DNA of 64,000 nt from Gammaproteobacteria bacterium (GCA_041984235.1 JBHIYN010000005.1:264941-328940), one strand, 5' to 3'; shown: positions 17,358-28,106, numbered from the stretch's first letter. Program-made: numbers and translations. The notes: generated by a model from the sequence alone, not told the origin.

Positions 17358-17915
17358 ATGAACCGCAGAACGCTACTCGGCGCGACCGGCGCCGGGCTGG
17401 TCGCGACCCTCGTCGGTGGCGGCCGCACTTTCGCCGTCGGCGAGGCGCCGGACAAGGCCATCGCGGCGATGCACGCGCGCTGGCGCGAGTTCGTCGCGGA
17501 CGGTCTGCCGGAGGTAACCCCGGCGCCGGCACTGAAACGGCCTGACGAGGACTGGCGCGCCAGCCTGCCGCGTGACGCCTACGACGTGCTGTTCGAGGAA
17601 GACACCGAGCGTCCGTACTCGAGTCCGCTGAACGACGAGAAGCGTGCCGGCCTCTACCTTTGCCGCGCCTGCGACCTGCCGCTGTTCACGTCCGAAATGA
17701 AATTCGACAGTGGCACCGGGTGGCCGAGCTTCTTTACCGCCATCCCCGGCCACCTCGCCACCAAGACCGATTACAGGCTGATCTGGCCGCGTACCGAGTA
17801 CCACTGCATAAAGTGCGGCGGACACCAGGGCCACGTGTTCGACGACGGTCCGGCGCCGACCCGCGAACGCTGGTGCAACAACGGCGTGGCGCTCAGGTTC
17901 GCGGCGAAAGGCTGA
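17358..17915 (+). CDS. msrB: Peptide-methionine (R)-S-oxide reductase with Tat-type signal peptide
   Basis: MNRRTLLGATGAGLVATLVGG (twin-arginine). Two CxxC zinc motifs (CRAC, CIKC). GTGWPSF and catalytic RWCNNG. RBS GGAGG upstream of ATG 17358. Confidence 0.9.
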   Translation: MNRRTLLGATGAGLVATLVGGGRTFAVGEAPDKAIAAMHARWREFVADGLPEVTPAPALKRPDEDWRASLPRDAYDVLFEEDTERPYSSPLNDEKRAGLYLCRACDLPLFTSEMKFDSGTGWPSFFTAIPGHLATKTDYRLIWPRTEYHCIKCGGHQGHVFDDGPAPTRERWCNNGVALRFAAKG

Positions 17916-17920
17916 CGGCC

Positions 17921-18514
17921 CTACGACGCCTCCAGCGCGTAGAGCACGACGTCGGCGTCGCGCCGGATGTACAGCCCGCCGCCCGCATTGCGGAAGGTGT
18001 CGCGCAGATGACGACGGTACCAGCTCGCACGGCGGCGGAAGACGTCGCCGTCGGTCAGGGTCTGGTCGCAGTTCTGCTCCCAGTCCTCGCGCGTGAGCAC
18101 ACCGAAGAACAGCGCGCAGTGCGTCCAGCGCGCCAGCTTGGCCATGACGGCCGCCGCCTCACGATGTCCGAGGTACTGCACCACGTCGTGACAGATGACG
18201 AGATCGTAGGACTGGTCAGTGTCGAAGTCCTGCAGCCGCGCGTGCTCCCAGCCGTACTCGGCGCAGGCATGGGCGCTCGCGTCGACGCCGGTAATCGACA
18301 CCCCGGGCCACGCCTCGCGCAGGCCGACGTGCATCAGGCCCGGACCACAGCCCGCATCCAGAACCCGCTCGACGCGACAGCCGAGCATGTCCAGGTAGGC
18401 GGCGACGAAGCGCCCGAGACGGGCGAAATAGTCCGGCTCGGCGACCCGCGTGGCGGCGCTGAAGTAGTAGCGCTGGAAATAGGCCGCGTCGAAGCGCTGC
18501 TCGCTCAAGCGCAA
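17921..18514 (-). CDS. Class I SAM-dependent methyltransferase
   Basis: 197 aa with the motif I-like RVLDAGCGPG. Confidence 0.75.
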   Translation of the reverse strand: MRLSEQRFDAAYFQRYYFSAATRVAEPDYFARLGRFVAAYLDMLGCRVERVLDAGCGPGLMHVGLREAWPGVSITGVDASAHACAEYGWEHARLQDFDTDQSYDLVICHDVVQYLGHREAAAVMAKLARWTHCALFFGVLTREDWEQNCDQTLTDGDVFRRRASWYRRHLRDTFRNAGGGLYIRRDADVVLYALEAS

Positions 18515-18677
18515 GCAACCTCATGCAGATGAGCGGGAGGAGGCTGCAAGATCTGGATTTTTCGGCAAGATTTCACAGAAAATGACGTCAGGCTTCAGTT
18601 CCGGCCACGATACAACGCTAAGCTCTCGGGGTCGACGGCGAATGTGCCGCCCGGCCGCGCCGAGGAGAAATAAAACC

Positions 18678-20390
18678 ATGCACCTGCCCGTTATCATCGG
18701 CGCCTTGCTGGCGCTGCTCGTGTCCGGCAACGCCGTCGCCCTGCACGTCGGCCAGCTCGAGACCCGTTCACGCCTGGGCGAGCCGTTGCGCGCCGAAGTC
18801 GCCCTGTACGGGGTCGCGGCAACGCGCGCCGCCACGCTCGACGTCGAAGTCAAACCCGAACTCACCGTGCCGCGCGGCGCGCCGGAACGCCGTGCCGCGG
18901 AAAGCCTCTCCGCGGTGCTGGCCACGCGCGCCGACGGCTCGCCGATCGTCCGCCTCGAATCCTCGGCGCCGATTGCCGAGCCGGTGGTGCGTTTCCGCCT
19001 GCGCCTGGGCGACGCCGCCGGCGCCGCGATTGGCCATTTCACGCTCGCCCTGGACCCGCCCGCCGCGCCCCGCGCGCGCAGCGTGCCGCCGCTGACCGGC
19101 GACGTCCGCGCCGGCGACTACGGCCCGGTGCGGCCGGGACAGACGCTGTGGCGCATTCTGAACGAACGCGGACTCACCGGCGGGGACAGCACACAGACCA
19201 TCGCGCGGGTGGTCGCGATGAACCCGCACGCCTTCGTCGGCGGTGACGCGAACCGTCTCAGGGTCGGCGTGACACTGACACTGCCCGCAGCCGGCACCAC
19301 GCTTGCAGCGCGGCCGCAGCCGGCTGCGACAACGCCGCGGTCCGCCGCGCCCGCAGCCACTACCGCACCGGTCGCGCCGGCGGCGCAGGTGACGCCGGTC
19401 GCCCCGACCGCTCCGGCCGCAGCAGTTAACGCGACCCCGGTGTCCGCACCGCGCACAGCCGTCACCCCAGCCGAGCTGCCCGACGACATCACGAGCACCG
19501 CGGCCCGCCTGCAGGCCGTGAGCGAGAAGTTCGCCGCGATTCGCGCGCGCTACGAACGCCAGCGCGCGGCAGCCGTACCCGCCGCTGCCCCGCCCGACGC
19601 TGCCGCGGACACCGTGACGCAGGCGCCCGCGATGGCGTCGTCCGGCGTGGCTGCCGCGTCGGCGCCCGCCGTCACGTCCCCGGATACGGATGCAGCGCCT
19701 GCGGATAACGCAACGCCCGTTGCCGCACCTCCGGTAGTGGTGCGGCCGGCGGTGGAACGCGCCGCGCTCGCGCCGGCGGGCGACGGCGGCCCGTCTCTCG
19801 CGCGGTTGATCATGCTCGGCGCGGCGGCCGTGATCAGCGCGATGGCGCTGATCGGCGGTGGCCTGTTCGCCTATCGCACCTGGCGCCGCAATCGCGAACA
19901 CGGACACGCTGCCGCCGCCGATCGCAACCTCGTCGAGGAAGTCGCGCGCAAGGCCGAGCAGCGGCTCAGGCTCGAGGGCGAGCTGCGCCAGCGCCTGGCC
20001 GAGAAGCGCGAGGCGCGGGACGCGGCACCGAGCGCACGACCTGCCGCGCAAGGCACCATCGAACGCAGCATCGAGCAGGGCGACGCGCTCGCCTCCCTGG
20101 ACGAAATCGAGAACCGCATCGCACACGGCCAGTATGCCGAGGCCGAGGCGATGCTGAACGACGTCATCGAACGCACCCCGGCCAATCATCGCGCCAAGCT
20201 GCGCCTCGCCGAGATCTACTATCTCAACGAGCGCACCGACGAGTTCGTCGCACTCGCGCGCGAGCTGCACGACCAGCATCGCGCCGACATCGGTGACGAG
20301 GGCTGGCAGCGCGTGATGCGCATGGGCAAGGTCATGGCACCCGACCGGCCGCCGTTCAGCGGGCCGGTTGCAGTCGAGCGGCCGGCCTGA
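18678..20390 (+). CDS. FimV-like peptidoglycan-binding scaffold protein
   Basis: Start at ATG 18678 (GAGGAG upstream) with a signal peptide. FimV-type N-terminal motif LHVGQLETRSRLGEPLRAEVAL. LysM-like YGPVRPGQTLWRI...VGVTLTLP. A/P/T-rich linker, TM segment, and a C-terminal TPR-like AKLRLAEIYYLNERTDEF. Confidence 0.75.
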   Translation: MHLPVIIGALLALLVSGNAVALHVGQLETRSRLGEPLRAEVALYGVAATRAATLDVEVKPELTVPRGAPERRAAESLSAVLATRADGSPIVRLESSAPIAEPVVRFRLRLGDAAGAAIGHFTLALDPPAAPRARSVPPLTGDVRAGDYGPVRPGQTLWRILNERGLTGGDSTQTIARVVAMNPHAFVGGDANRLRVGVTLTLPAAGTTLAARPQPAATTPRSAAPAATTAPVAPAAQVTPVAPTAPAAAVNATPVSAPRTAVTPAELPDDITSTAARLQAVSEKFAAIRARYERQRAAAVPAAAPPDAAADTVTQAPAMASSGVAAASAPAVTSPDTDAAPADNATPVAAPPVVVRPAVERAALAPAGDGGPSLARLIMLGAAAVISAMALIGGGLFAYRTWRRNREHGHAAAADRNLVEEVARKAEQRLRLEGELRQRLAEKREARDAAPSARPAAQGTIERSIEQGDALASLDEIENRIAHGQYAEAEAMLNDVIERTPANHRAKLRLAEIYYLNERTDEFVALARELHDQHRADIGDEGWQRVMRMGKVMAPDRPPFSGPVAVERPA

Positions 20391-20425
20391 GCGCCGTATC
20401 CCGCCGCCTGCCGCTGGCGCTGCTC

Positions 20426-21046
20426 GTGGCGGCGCTAGTGCTGCTGCAGGCCTGCGCAGAACCGCTGGGACCACAGGAAGTCGCCGACCGTTTCTGGCGC
20501 GCGGTGGTCACCCAGCATCCGGGCAAGATCAAGCGTTACGTGCTGGCCCGTCAGCGTGCCGCGCTGGACGGCGAACCCGAGCTCCTGGCCATTGCCGAGT
20601 ACGGCCTGGGGCGCGCCATTATCGATGGCGACCGCGCCAGCATCGAGACCCGCGTGGTGCTTGCCGGTGACACGCCGGTTCCGGTCACTATTGACACGCG
20701 TCTCGAACGCGAGGACGAAACGTGGCGGGTGGATTACGAGTCCACGGTCGACGAAATATCGCGACAGGGCGATCTGGCGCGCGTCATCGAACAGATCGGC
20801 GTCATTGGCAATGCGCTCAAGGACGGCGTCGAGCAATCGGTCGACGAGATGTCACGCGCGCTGCCCGCCCTGGAGCAGGAGCTGTCGCGCCTGGAAAGCG
20901 AGATCCGGCAACGCATGCCGGAGCTGCGCGAAAAGGTCGAGGACTTTGCCCGGCGCCTGGAGGACGCGCTGCGGTCACCGCCGCCGGACCGGCCGCGCGA
21001 GCCGCCCGCCGCGCCGCCCGCTGCGGACGACACCATCGCGCTGTGA
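20426..21046 (+). CDS. Hypothetical lipoprotein with C-terminal coiled coil
   Basis: Lipobox LLQAC at the N-terminus of the GTG-started ORF. The in-frame upstream codons read SRRLPLALLV, so the true start may lie a few codons upstream. Confidence 0.6.
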   Translation: MAALVLLQACAEPLGPQEVADRFWRAVVTQHPGKIKRYVLARQRAALDGEPELLAIAEYGLGRAIIDGDRASIETRVVLAGDTPVPVTIDTRLEREDETWRVDYESTVDEISRQGDLARVIEQIGVIGNALKDGVEQSVDEMSRALPALEQELSRLESEIRQRMPELREKVEDFARRLEDALRSPPPDRPREPPAAPPAADDTIAL

Positions 21047-21077
21047 ATCGCCGGCGCCGCGCGGGCGGCGCCACGCC

Positions 21078-24074
21078 TCAGCCGCCGGGCGCCAGCGTGG
21101 TCAGATCCGCGCGCGCCTCGGGATGCCCCTGGGCTGCCGCCAGGCGATACCAGCGGATGGCCTCGTCGAGGTTGCGTGCGACGCCCTTGCCTGAGCGGTA
21201 CATGTAGCCAAGGCTGTACTGGGCGGACGCATGCCCGTTCTGCGCTGCCTGCAGGAACCAGCGTAACGCCTGCTCGTCGCTCTGATCCGTGCCCTTGCCG
21301 GCGCGGTACATGTAGGCCAGGTTGTACTGCGCGGCCGGGTAACCCTGCTCGGCGGCCGCGCGATACCAGCGCACCGCCTCGGCGTCGCTTTGCGCCACGC
21401 CTTCGCCCAGCGCGTAGGAAACGCCGAGGCTGTACTGCGCGATCGCGCTGCCCTGCTCCGCCGCGCGCCGGTACCACACCACCGCCTCGCCATCGTCCTG
21501 CGGTACGCCCTCGCCGAACGCGTAGGCGACGGCCAGGTTGTACTGCGCGTCACGATTACCCTGCACGGCCGCGCGCCGATACCAGCCGACCGCCGCCGCG
21601 CGATCGCGCGCCACGCCTTCGCCCTGGTAGGTCATGTACCCGAGGTGGGCCTGCGCCTCCGGGTCGCCGGCTTCGGCGCGCTGGCGAAAGAGGCCCGCTG
21701 CCGTCGCGTAGTCGCCGGCGTTGAGTGCGGCCTTGGCCTCGTCGATCGACGGCAGGGTCTGCGCGGCCGGCACCGGCGTTGCCGCGGGCGCCGGGTCGGC
21801 GAGCGCGAGCTTGATGTCCTCGTCGGCGCTGGCCGCCGCAGCCGGCTGTGCGCTCGCGCCCGGCGCGCGGCTGACGAAGCCCGGGTCCTCGTCGCTGCCG
21901 CTGAACGCATCGCGCAGCCGGCCGAGCAGGCCGCGCTGTTCCTGCGGCGCGGGCGCGCCGGTGGTGTCAGCAACGTCGCCGACTGCGGAATCGACCGTCG
22001 CGGTGACCGCGTCGGCCACCGCTGCGTCGCCGCCCGTGGCGGCAGCCGGCGCGCTGCGCTCGAGGTTGCCGATACCGGCGCGCGGCGCGGCGGCTGCCGG
22101 CGCCGTGTTCACTGCCGCCTGCACCACCGCAGCCGTCGCTTCAGCGGTGCGTGCCGTCGCAGCGGTAGCGGCAGGGGTTGCGACGGCCGCAGCAGTGCTC
22201 GTGGCAGCCGGAGCAGCGGAAACCGTGGCGGAGGCAGCGGGGGTGGGAGCCGCGGGGGCAGCGGCGGCGGTAACGGCCGTGGCCGCGGTGGCGGTCGTGG
22301 TCGCAGGCACCGCGGCGGTCACGGGTGCCGCCGGCGCAGCCGGTGGTACCGCTGCCTGAGCCAGCGCGCCGCCCGCGATGACCTGGTGCGCCGCCGGCCT
22401 GGGCGGATCGATCTCTGCCGCCGACGCACGCGGCAATGCGGACGCGTCGTGATTGATCACGGCGTACTGGTAGGTTTCGGCGACATAGGGGGCGGATTGT
22501 TCGACGTTCTCCGCGACCGCATCGTCAACAACGGCTTCGCTGGTCGCCGTTTCGGTAATGATGGCTTCAGTCGCCGATGCCTCAGGAGTGGCGGCCGTGG
22601 TGCGGACCGGCTCGCGGGTAGCCGGCGCTTCCACCGTCGCCCGCGCCATGCGCGCTTCGGGCATGGTTGGTGTCGCAGCCGGTGCGGGCGGTGCGGGCGT
22701 TGCCGGCGTCGCCACCTCCTGCGCTGCCGGGGCCACGGCGCGTGCTGCTGGTGCTGCCGCGACCGGGCCGGGCGTGGCAGCAGACTCCGCGGGCGCGCTG
22801 GCGCTCACCGCAGCGGCCGGCGCAATCGCTTCGCGCGGTCGCGCGAGTTGCGGCATCGGCAGGCCGGCGGCATCGTAAATCGCGCTCAGGCGCTCGCGCG
22901 CGCCGCCGTGACCGCTGCGCGCGGCGTTACGGTAGAGCGTGATCGCCATGGCGTCGTCCGGCTCGACCCCGGCGCCGATCTCGAAACGCCGCGCGAGATC
23001 GTACTGCGCCTGCGGGTGCCCCTGGTCAGCGGCGTCGCGCAGCAACACCAACGCCGTATCGACGTCCTGCGGCATGCCGATGCCAGCGAGATGCCGGCGC
23101 GACAGCTCGTAGGTCGCAGCCGCGTCAGCGCTGGCCGCCGGCGGCGCGGGCGCGACCGGCGCGGGCACCGTGGGCGGCGGCGGATCCGGGACCGGCATGG
23201 CCGGCTGCGCTTCGACCCTGTCGCTCTCCGCGACCTGCTGTGCGGGCGCCGCGCCGGCGGACCGCGCCGTGAGGTCCGCTTCGGCTTCGGCGTCGGTGTC
23301 GTCGGCAGCGGCGGCCAGCCGTTCGTCGGCGGGCGGCGTGTCGTCGGCCACCGCCGGCACCTCGGCCACCGGTGCGGAAGTCTCCGGTGGTGCAGGAGCG
23401 GGCTCCAGCTCGACTTCCACGCCCGCCTCGCGCGCCAGGCGCAGGGCCTCGCGCTCGTCCTCGCTGACCGCGTCGTCCACCGCCGGCGCCGGGCCGGCCA
23501 CCGGCGTGCGCGCCGCGGCGGGTACTTCGGCGGCGGCGGCCTCGTCCGTGCCCAGGCGCGTGGTCGGCGCCAGCTCGTCGTCGGGGACGGCCTCGACGGC
23601 GACCACGGCGGGTTCCTCGCCGGGTACCGCCGCGGGCGTGTCGGCGGCTGCCGGCGGCTCCAGGCCGGCGGCGCGGTAGAGCTGGTTCATGTTGCGCCGG
23701 GCCAGCGCGTGGCCCTGGCCGGCAGCCTCCCGGTACCAGGTCAGCGCCCAGGCCTCGTCCGCCTCCAGTCCTTCACCGAGCAGGTACATGTTTCCGAGGT
23801 TGAACTGCGCCTCGGCATCGCCGGCTTCGGCTGCCCGGCGGTACAGGTCGATGGCACGCGCGGTGTTCTTCGGCACCCCCTCGCCGCGCTGGTAGAGCGC
23901 GGCGAGCAGCGACATGGCGCGCGGTTGTCCGGCTTCCGCCGCCTGCTCCAGCTCCGGCAGTACGGCGGCTGAGCGGCCCGCCTCGATCGCCGCGGCGATG
24001 GCGTCGAGATCGGCGGCGACCGAAACGCCGGCGCCACAGGCAAACAACAGGAGTGCGAACGGAACGTGGCGCAT
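21078..24074 (-). CDS. Giant secreted Sel1-repeat protein with Ala/Pro/Thr-rich linkers (EnhC-like architecture)
   Basis: Start at ATG 24074 (GGAGGA upstream; MRHVPFALLLFACGAGVSVAA signal); the track ORF extends to 24278. SLR blocks sit at the N-terminus, the middle and the C-terminus (~7 units such as AQYNLAVAYAFGEGVPQDDGEAVVWYRRAAEQG). They are separated by long A/P/T low-complexity tracts. Confidence 0.85.
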   Translation of the reverse strand: MRHVPFALLLFACGAGVSVAADLDAIAAAIEAGRSAAVLPELEQAAEAGQPRAMSLLAALYQRGEGVPKNTARAIDLYRRAAEAGDAEAQFNLGNMYLLGEGLEADEAWALTWYREAAGQGHALARRNMNQLYRAAGLEPPAAADTPAAVPGEEPAVVAVEAVPDDELAPTTRLGTDEAAAAEVPAAARTPVAGPAPAVDDAVSEDEREALRLAREAGVEVELEPAPAPPETSAPVAEVPAVADDTPPADERLAAAADDTDAEAEADLTARSAGAAPAQQVAESDRVEAQPAMPVPDPPPPTVPAPVAPAPPAASADAAATYELSRRHLAGIGMPQDVDTALVLLRDAADQGHPQAQYDLARRFEIGAGVEPDDAMAITLYRNAARSGHGGARERLSAIYDAAGLPMPQLARPREAIAPAAAVSASAPAESAATPGPVAAAPAARAVAPAAQEVATPATPAPPAPAATPTMPEARMARATVEAPATREPVRTTAATPEASATEAIITETATSEAVVDDAVAENVEQSAPYVAETYQYAVINHDASALPRASAAEIDPPRPAAHQVIAGGALAQAAVPPAAPAAPVTAAVPATTTATAATAVTAAAAPAAPTPAASATVSAAPAATSTAAAVATPAATAATARTAEATAAVVQAAVNTAPAAAAPRAGIGNLERSAPAAATGGDAAVADAVTATVDSAVGDVADTTGAPAPQEQRGLLGRLRDAFSGSDEDPGFVSRAPGASAQPAAAASADEDIKLALADPAPAATPVPAAQTLPSIDEAKAALNAGDYATAAGLFRQRAEAGDPEAQAHLGYMTYQGEGVARDRAAAVGWYRRAAVQGNRDAQYNLAVAYAFGEGVPQDDGEAVVWYRRAAEQGSAIAQYSLGVSYALGEGVAQSDAEAVRWYRAAAEQGYPAAQYNLAYMYRAGKGTDQSDEQALRWFLQAAQNGHASAQYSLGYMYRSGKGVARNLDEAIRWYRLAAAQGHPEARADLTTLAPGG

Positions 24075-24367
24075 CGGAGTCCTCCGTTGCTCGGGGCATA
24101 TGGCGCGGCCGGGACCCGCGGGTGCGCAGCCGGCGCGACCGCGATGAAACATGCACCACAGTATATTGTGGAGGCTGACGACACACCACCTAGATACGGG
24201 GTGCGATTCGGGCGTCATTCCGGCCGCGGCCGATGTCACCGCGCTGTCAGATTCGGGTCCGATACTGCGCGGGCCCAAACGAGCGACGGAGAATGTGCGC
24301 GATGCGAACCGAACCCCCCCGGATTCAAGGTGACGCGTTCGAAACCTGCTGGCCTGCGCGCCTGGTG

Positions 24368-24541
24368 ATGACCGACGCGCCGGAGGACTGGAGCGTGCTG
24401 GTCGAGCAGATCGCCGAGCTGGAAGAGCTGCTCGCGGAGGCCGTGGACGGCGTCGACGCCGGTACTGCCGGCGCTGCCGTACGCATCAGGGAGTTGCTGG
24501 AGAACCGGCGCCGCCTCCTGCACGCCATCGACGTCGGCTGA
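24368..24541 (+). CDS. Possible small acidic helical protein (57 aa)
   Basis: Strong GC3 bias consistent with coding. The RBS is weak and no family is recognised. Confidence 0.3.
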   Translation: MTDAPEDWSVLVEQIAELEELLAEAVDGVDAGTAGAAVRIRELLENRRRLLHAIDVG

Positions 24542-24556
24542 GGCCGGTCGTCGCGT

Positions 24557-25234
24557 TCAGCTGCCCGGCGCGCGCGCCGCGCCGGACGCGGCCGGTCGCT
24601 TCGGGCGCACGCCGAGCACGACGATGTTCTTGCCGCTGGCGGTGATGTGCTTCTGCTCTTCCATGTCCTTGAGCACCTTGCCGACCATCTCGCGCGAGCA
24701 GCCGACCAGGCGCGACAGCTCCTGGCGCGTGACACGCACCTGCATGCCGTCCGGATGGGTCATGGCATCGGGTTGCTCGCACAGGTCGAGCAGGGTGCGC
24801 GCGACCCGTCCGTAGACGTCCATGAAGGCGAGGTCACCCAGCTTGCGGTTGGTGTTGCGCAGGCGGCGCGCGAGCTGCGAGGTCATTGCGACGATCAGAT
24901 CGGGATAGATCTCGGTCAGGCCCTTGAGCTTCTTGTAACCGATCTGGGCAATCTCGGTCTCGTTGCGCGCACGCACCAGCGCGGTACGGCTGGCGTCCTC
25001 GTTGAACAGACCGATCTCGCCGAAGAAATCCCCGGGATTCAGGTAGGCCAGTACGATCTCGTGGCCCTTGTCGTCTTCCAGCAGCACGGTGACCGAGCCA
25101 CTGATGATGTAGTAGAGCTCTCCGGCCGGATCGCCCTGGCGGATGATCGCCGCCTTCGGCGCGAACGTGCGCCGGTGGCAGTGGGACAGCAACTGCTCGA
25201 TCGATTCGCGCACGTCGATCGTCATCAGAGACAT
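24557..25234 (-). CDS. crp: Crp/Clp/Vfr-family cyclic-nucleotide-responsive transcription regulator
   Basis: 225 aa from ATG 25234 (AGGAG upstream). IIRQGDPAGELYYIISGSV...FFGEIGLF...SRTALVRAR and C-terminal HTH TRQELSRLVGCSREMVGKVLKDMEE. Confidence 0.9.
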   Translation of the reverse strand: MSLMTIDVRESIEQLLSHCHRRTFAPKAAIIRQGDPAGELYYIISGSVTVLLEDDKGHEIVLAYLNPGDFFGEIGLFNEDASRTALVRARNETEIAQIGYKKLKGLTEIYPDLIVAMTSQLARRLRNTNRKLGDLAFMDVYGRVARTLLDLCEQPDAMTHPDGMQVRVTRQELSRLVGCSREMVGKVLKDMEEQKHITASGKNIVVLGVRPKRPAASGAARAPGS

Positions 25235-25335
25235 CCGTCTTTGCTCCTGGTGGCGAAAGGCGCGGCGTGGGGTGTGCGCTCGTGCGCACGGTGCTCGGGC
25301 GACTTCGGCGGGCTGGCGGTGAGAACCATGACCGT

Positions 25336-25866
25336 TCAGCGCGCGAGCCAGCGCCGCTCTTGTAAAGAATAGCGCAAGCGGCGCTGGCGCGCAGTCGGCA
25401 CCCAGGTGTCGCCACTGGCCTCGTAGATCTGGAAGATGCGAACCAGCTCGCCGTTGTCCACCGCGTACTGGTCGTCGCCGCGGTAACCCTCGGCCTGCGC
25501 GGCGTCCAGCGCGGCGATGGCCAGCGGCTGCAGGTGGTGGTCCTTCCACGTGTAGAGATGTACGCCGCTGGCGCGGCCCTGGTCGTGGCTGAACGTGACC
25601 ACGACCTCGAAGGCGCCGTCGTGGTCGAGATCGGCGACGAAGCTGTTCGACAGGGTGCCCTGGTAGGGCGCGGTCAGTCGGGCCAGCAGCAGGGCGTCCT
25701 GCTCGACCAGGATCTGGTAGTCGGACGCGCTCAGGATGGCACTGGTGTCGTCCTCGACCGCAACGTGGAAGCTGCCGTACTCGTGCTGGGCCGCGGCGGC
25801 CGGTGCGCAGGACAGGGCGAGACCAAGGGCGGCGGCGAGGAGGCGCGGAATCACGGTGGACGACAT
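25336..25866 (-). CDS. Secreted hypothetical protein
   Basis: 176 aa with a signal peptide ending AAAAQ. One FG-GAP/VCBS-like DLDHDGAFEVVV motif. Confidence 0.7.
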   Translation of the reverse strand: MSSTVIPRLLAAALGLALSCAPAAAAQHEYGSFHVAVEDDTSAILSASDYQILVEQDALLLARLTAPYQGTLSNSFVADLDHDGAFEVVVTFSHDQGRASGVHLYTWKDHHLQPLAIAALDAAQAEGYRGDDQYAVDNGELVRIFQIYEASGDTWVPTARQRRLRYSLQERRWLAR

Positions 25867-25955
25867 CGCAGGCGCTGCGTAAAGGGGGCTGAACAGTCTC
25901 GATTCTAACCGCGCCGCGGCACGAGGTCATGACGCGTTACCGTCCGGGCGCCGCC

Positions 25956-25984
25956 TTGACTTTTCGCCGGGCGCCGCTATATTT
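25956..25984 (+). promoter_or_regulatory. groESL promoter candidate (sigma70-like TTGACT-17-TATATT; also sigma32-like CTTGAC...GCTATAT)
   Basis: The hexamers and 17-nt spacer are read directly from the sequence. It lies ~90 nt upstream of groES. Confidence 0.5.
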
Positions 25985-26011
25985 CTGGCACTACTCGCCG
26001 GAGAGTGCTAA
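25985..26011. promoter_or_regulatory. CIRCE-like inverted repeat (HrcA operator candidate)
   Basis: ctggcacta-N9-GAGTGCTAA. The right arm matches the CIRCE consensus TTAGCACTC-N9-GAGTGCTAA 9/9, the left arm 6/9, and the spacing is exactly 9. It abuts the -10 element. Confidence 0.45.
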
Positions 26012-26071
26012 TACTAGCCCTCCATTTTCATATAAATCATAGGCTTAAGCGCGTTTGAGGAGAAGTCATCA

Positions 26072-26359
26072 ATGAAGATCAGGCCTTTACACGATCGGGT
26101 CATCGTCAAGCGCTGGGAAGAGGAGAAGACCTCGCCCGGCGGTATCGTCATTCCGGATTCGGCCACCGAGAAGCCGGTCAAGGGTGAAGTCGTGGCCGTG
26201 GGTAACGGCAAGATTCTCGAGAACGGCGAGGTTCGCGCGCTCGACCTCAAGGCCGGGGACAAGATCCTGTTCGGCAAGTACTCGGGCACCGAGGTCAAGG
26301 TCGACGGCGAGGACCTGCTGGTCATGCGCGAAGACGACATCATGGCGGTTTTCGACTGA
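26072..26359 (+). CDS. groES: Co-chaperonin GroES
   Basis: [14 protein letters not shown]...GGIVIPD...GEVVAVGNG, 95 aa. Confidence 0.97.
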   Translation: MKIRPLHDRVIVKRWEEEKTSPGGIVIPDSATEKPVKGEVVAVGNGKILENGEVRALDLKAGDKILFGKYSGTEVKVDGEDLLVMREDDIMAVFD

Positions 26360-26382
26360 TACGCACCTGCCTCACGAACTGA

Positions 26383-28053
<1,671 letters not shown>

Positions 28054-28076
28054 GTCACGCCCACCCGCGTCCCCGA

Positions 28077-28106
28077 GAACCCCGCCCCGTGCGGGGTTCT
28101 TTTTTT
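28077..28106 (+). terminator. Rho-independent terminator of groESL
   Basis: gaaccccgc/cccgt/gcggggttc (9-bp stem) followed by a T7 run. Confidence 0.85.

Noticed and set aside
21960-22900. Apparent tandem DNA repeats inside the Sel1 gene
   Set aside because: This is compositional Ala/Pro/Thr low complexity (GCx/CCx/ACx codons) without a fixed repeat unit that I could phase. It is treated as a coding linker, not a satellite.
21390-23972. 860-aa + strand ORF
   Set aside because: It is antisense to the Sel1-repeat gene. It is extremely R/G-rich, with no start context or motifs.
24156-24171. Palindrome CCACA-GTATAT-TGTGG upstream of the giant Sel1 gene
   Set aside because: The half-sites are in the inverse order relative to CRP (TGTGA-N6-TCACA). 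It may simply contain a -10-like TATACT on the - strand. The evidence is insufficient for a regulator site.
25274-25289. GTGCGC-TCGT-GCGCAC palindrome upstream of the crp-like gene
   Set aside because: It has only 6-bp arms in GC-rich DNA, no U-tract and no match to a known operator. It could arise by chance.
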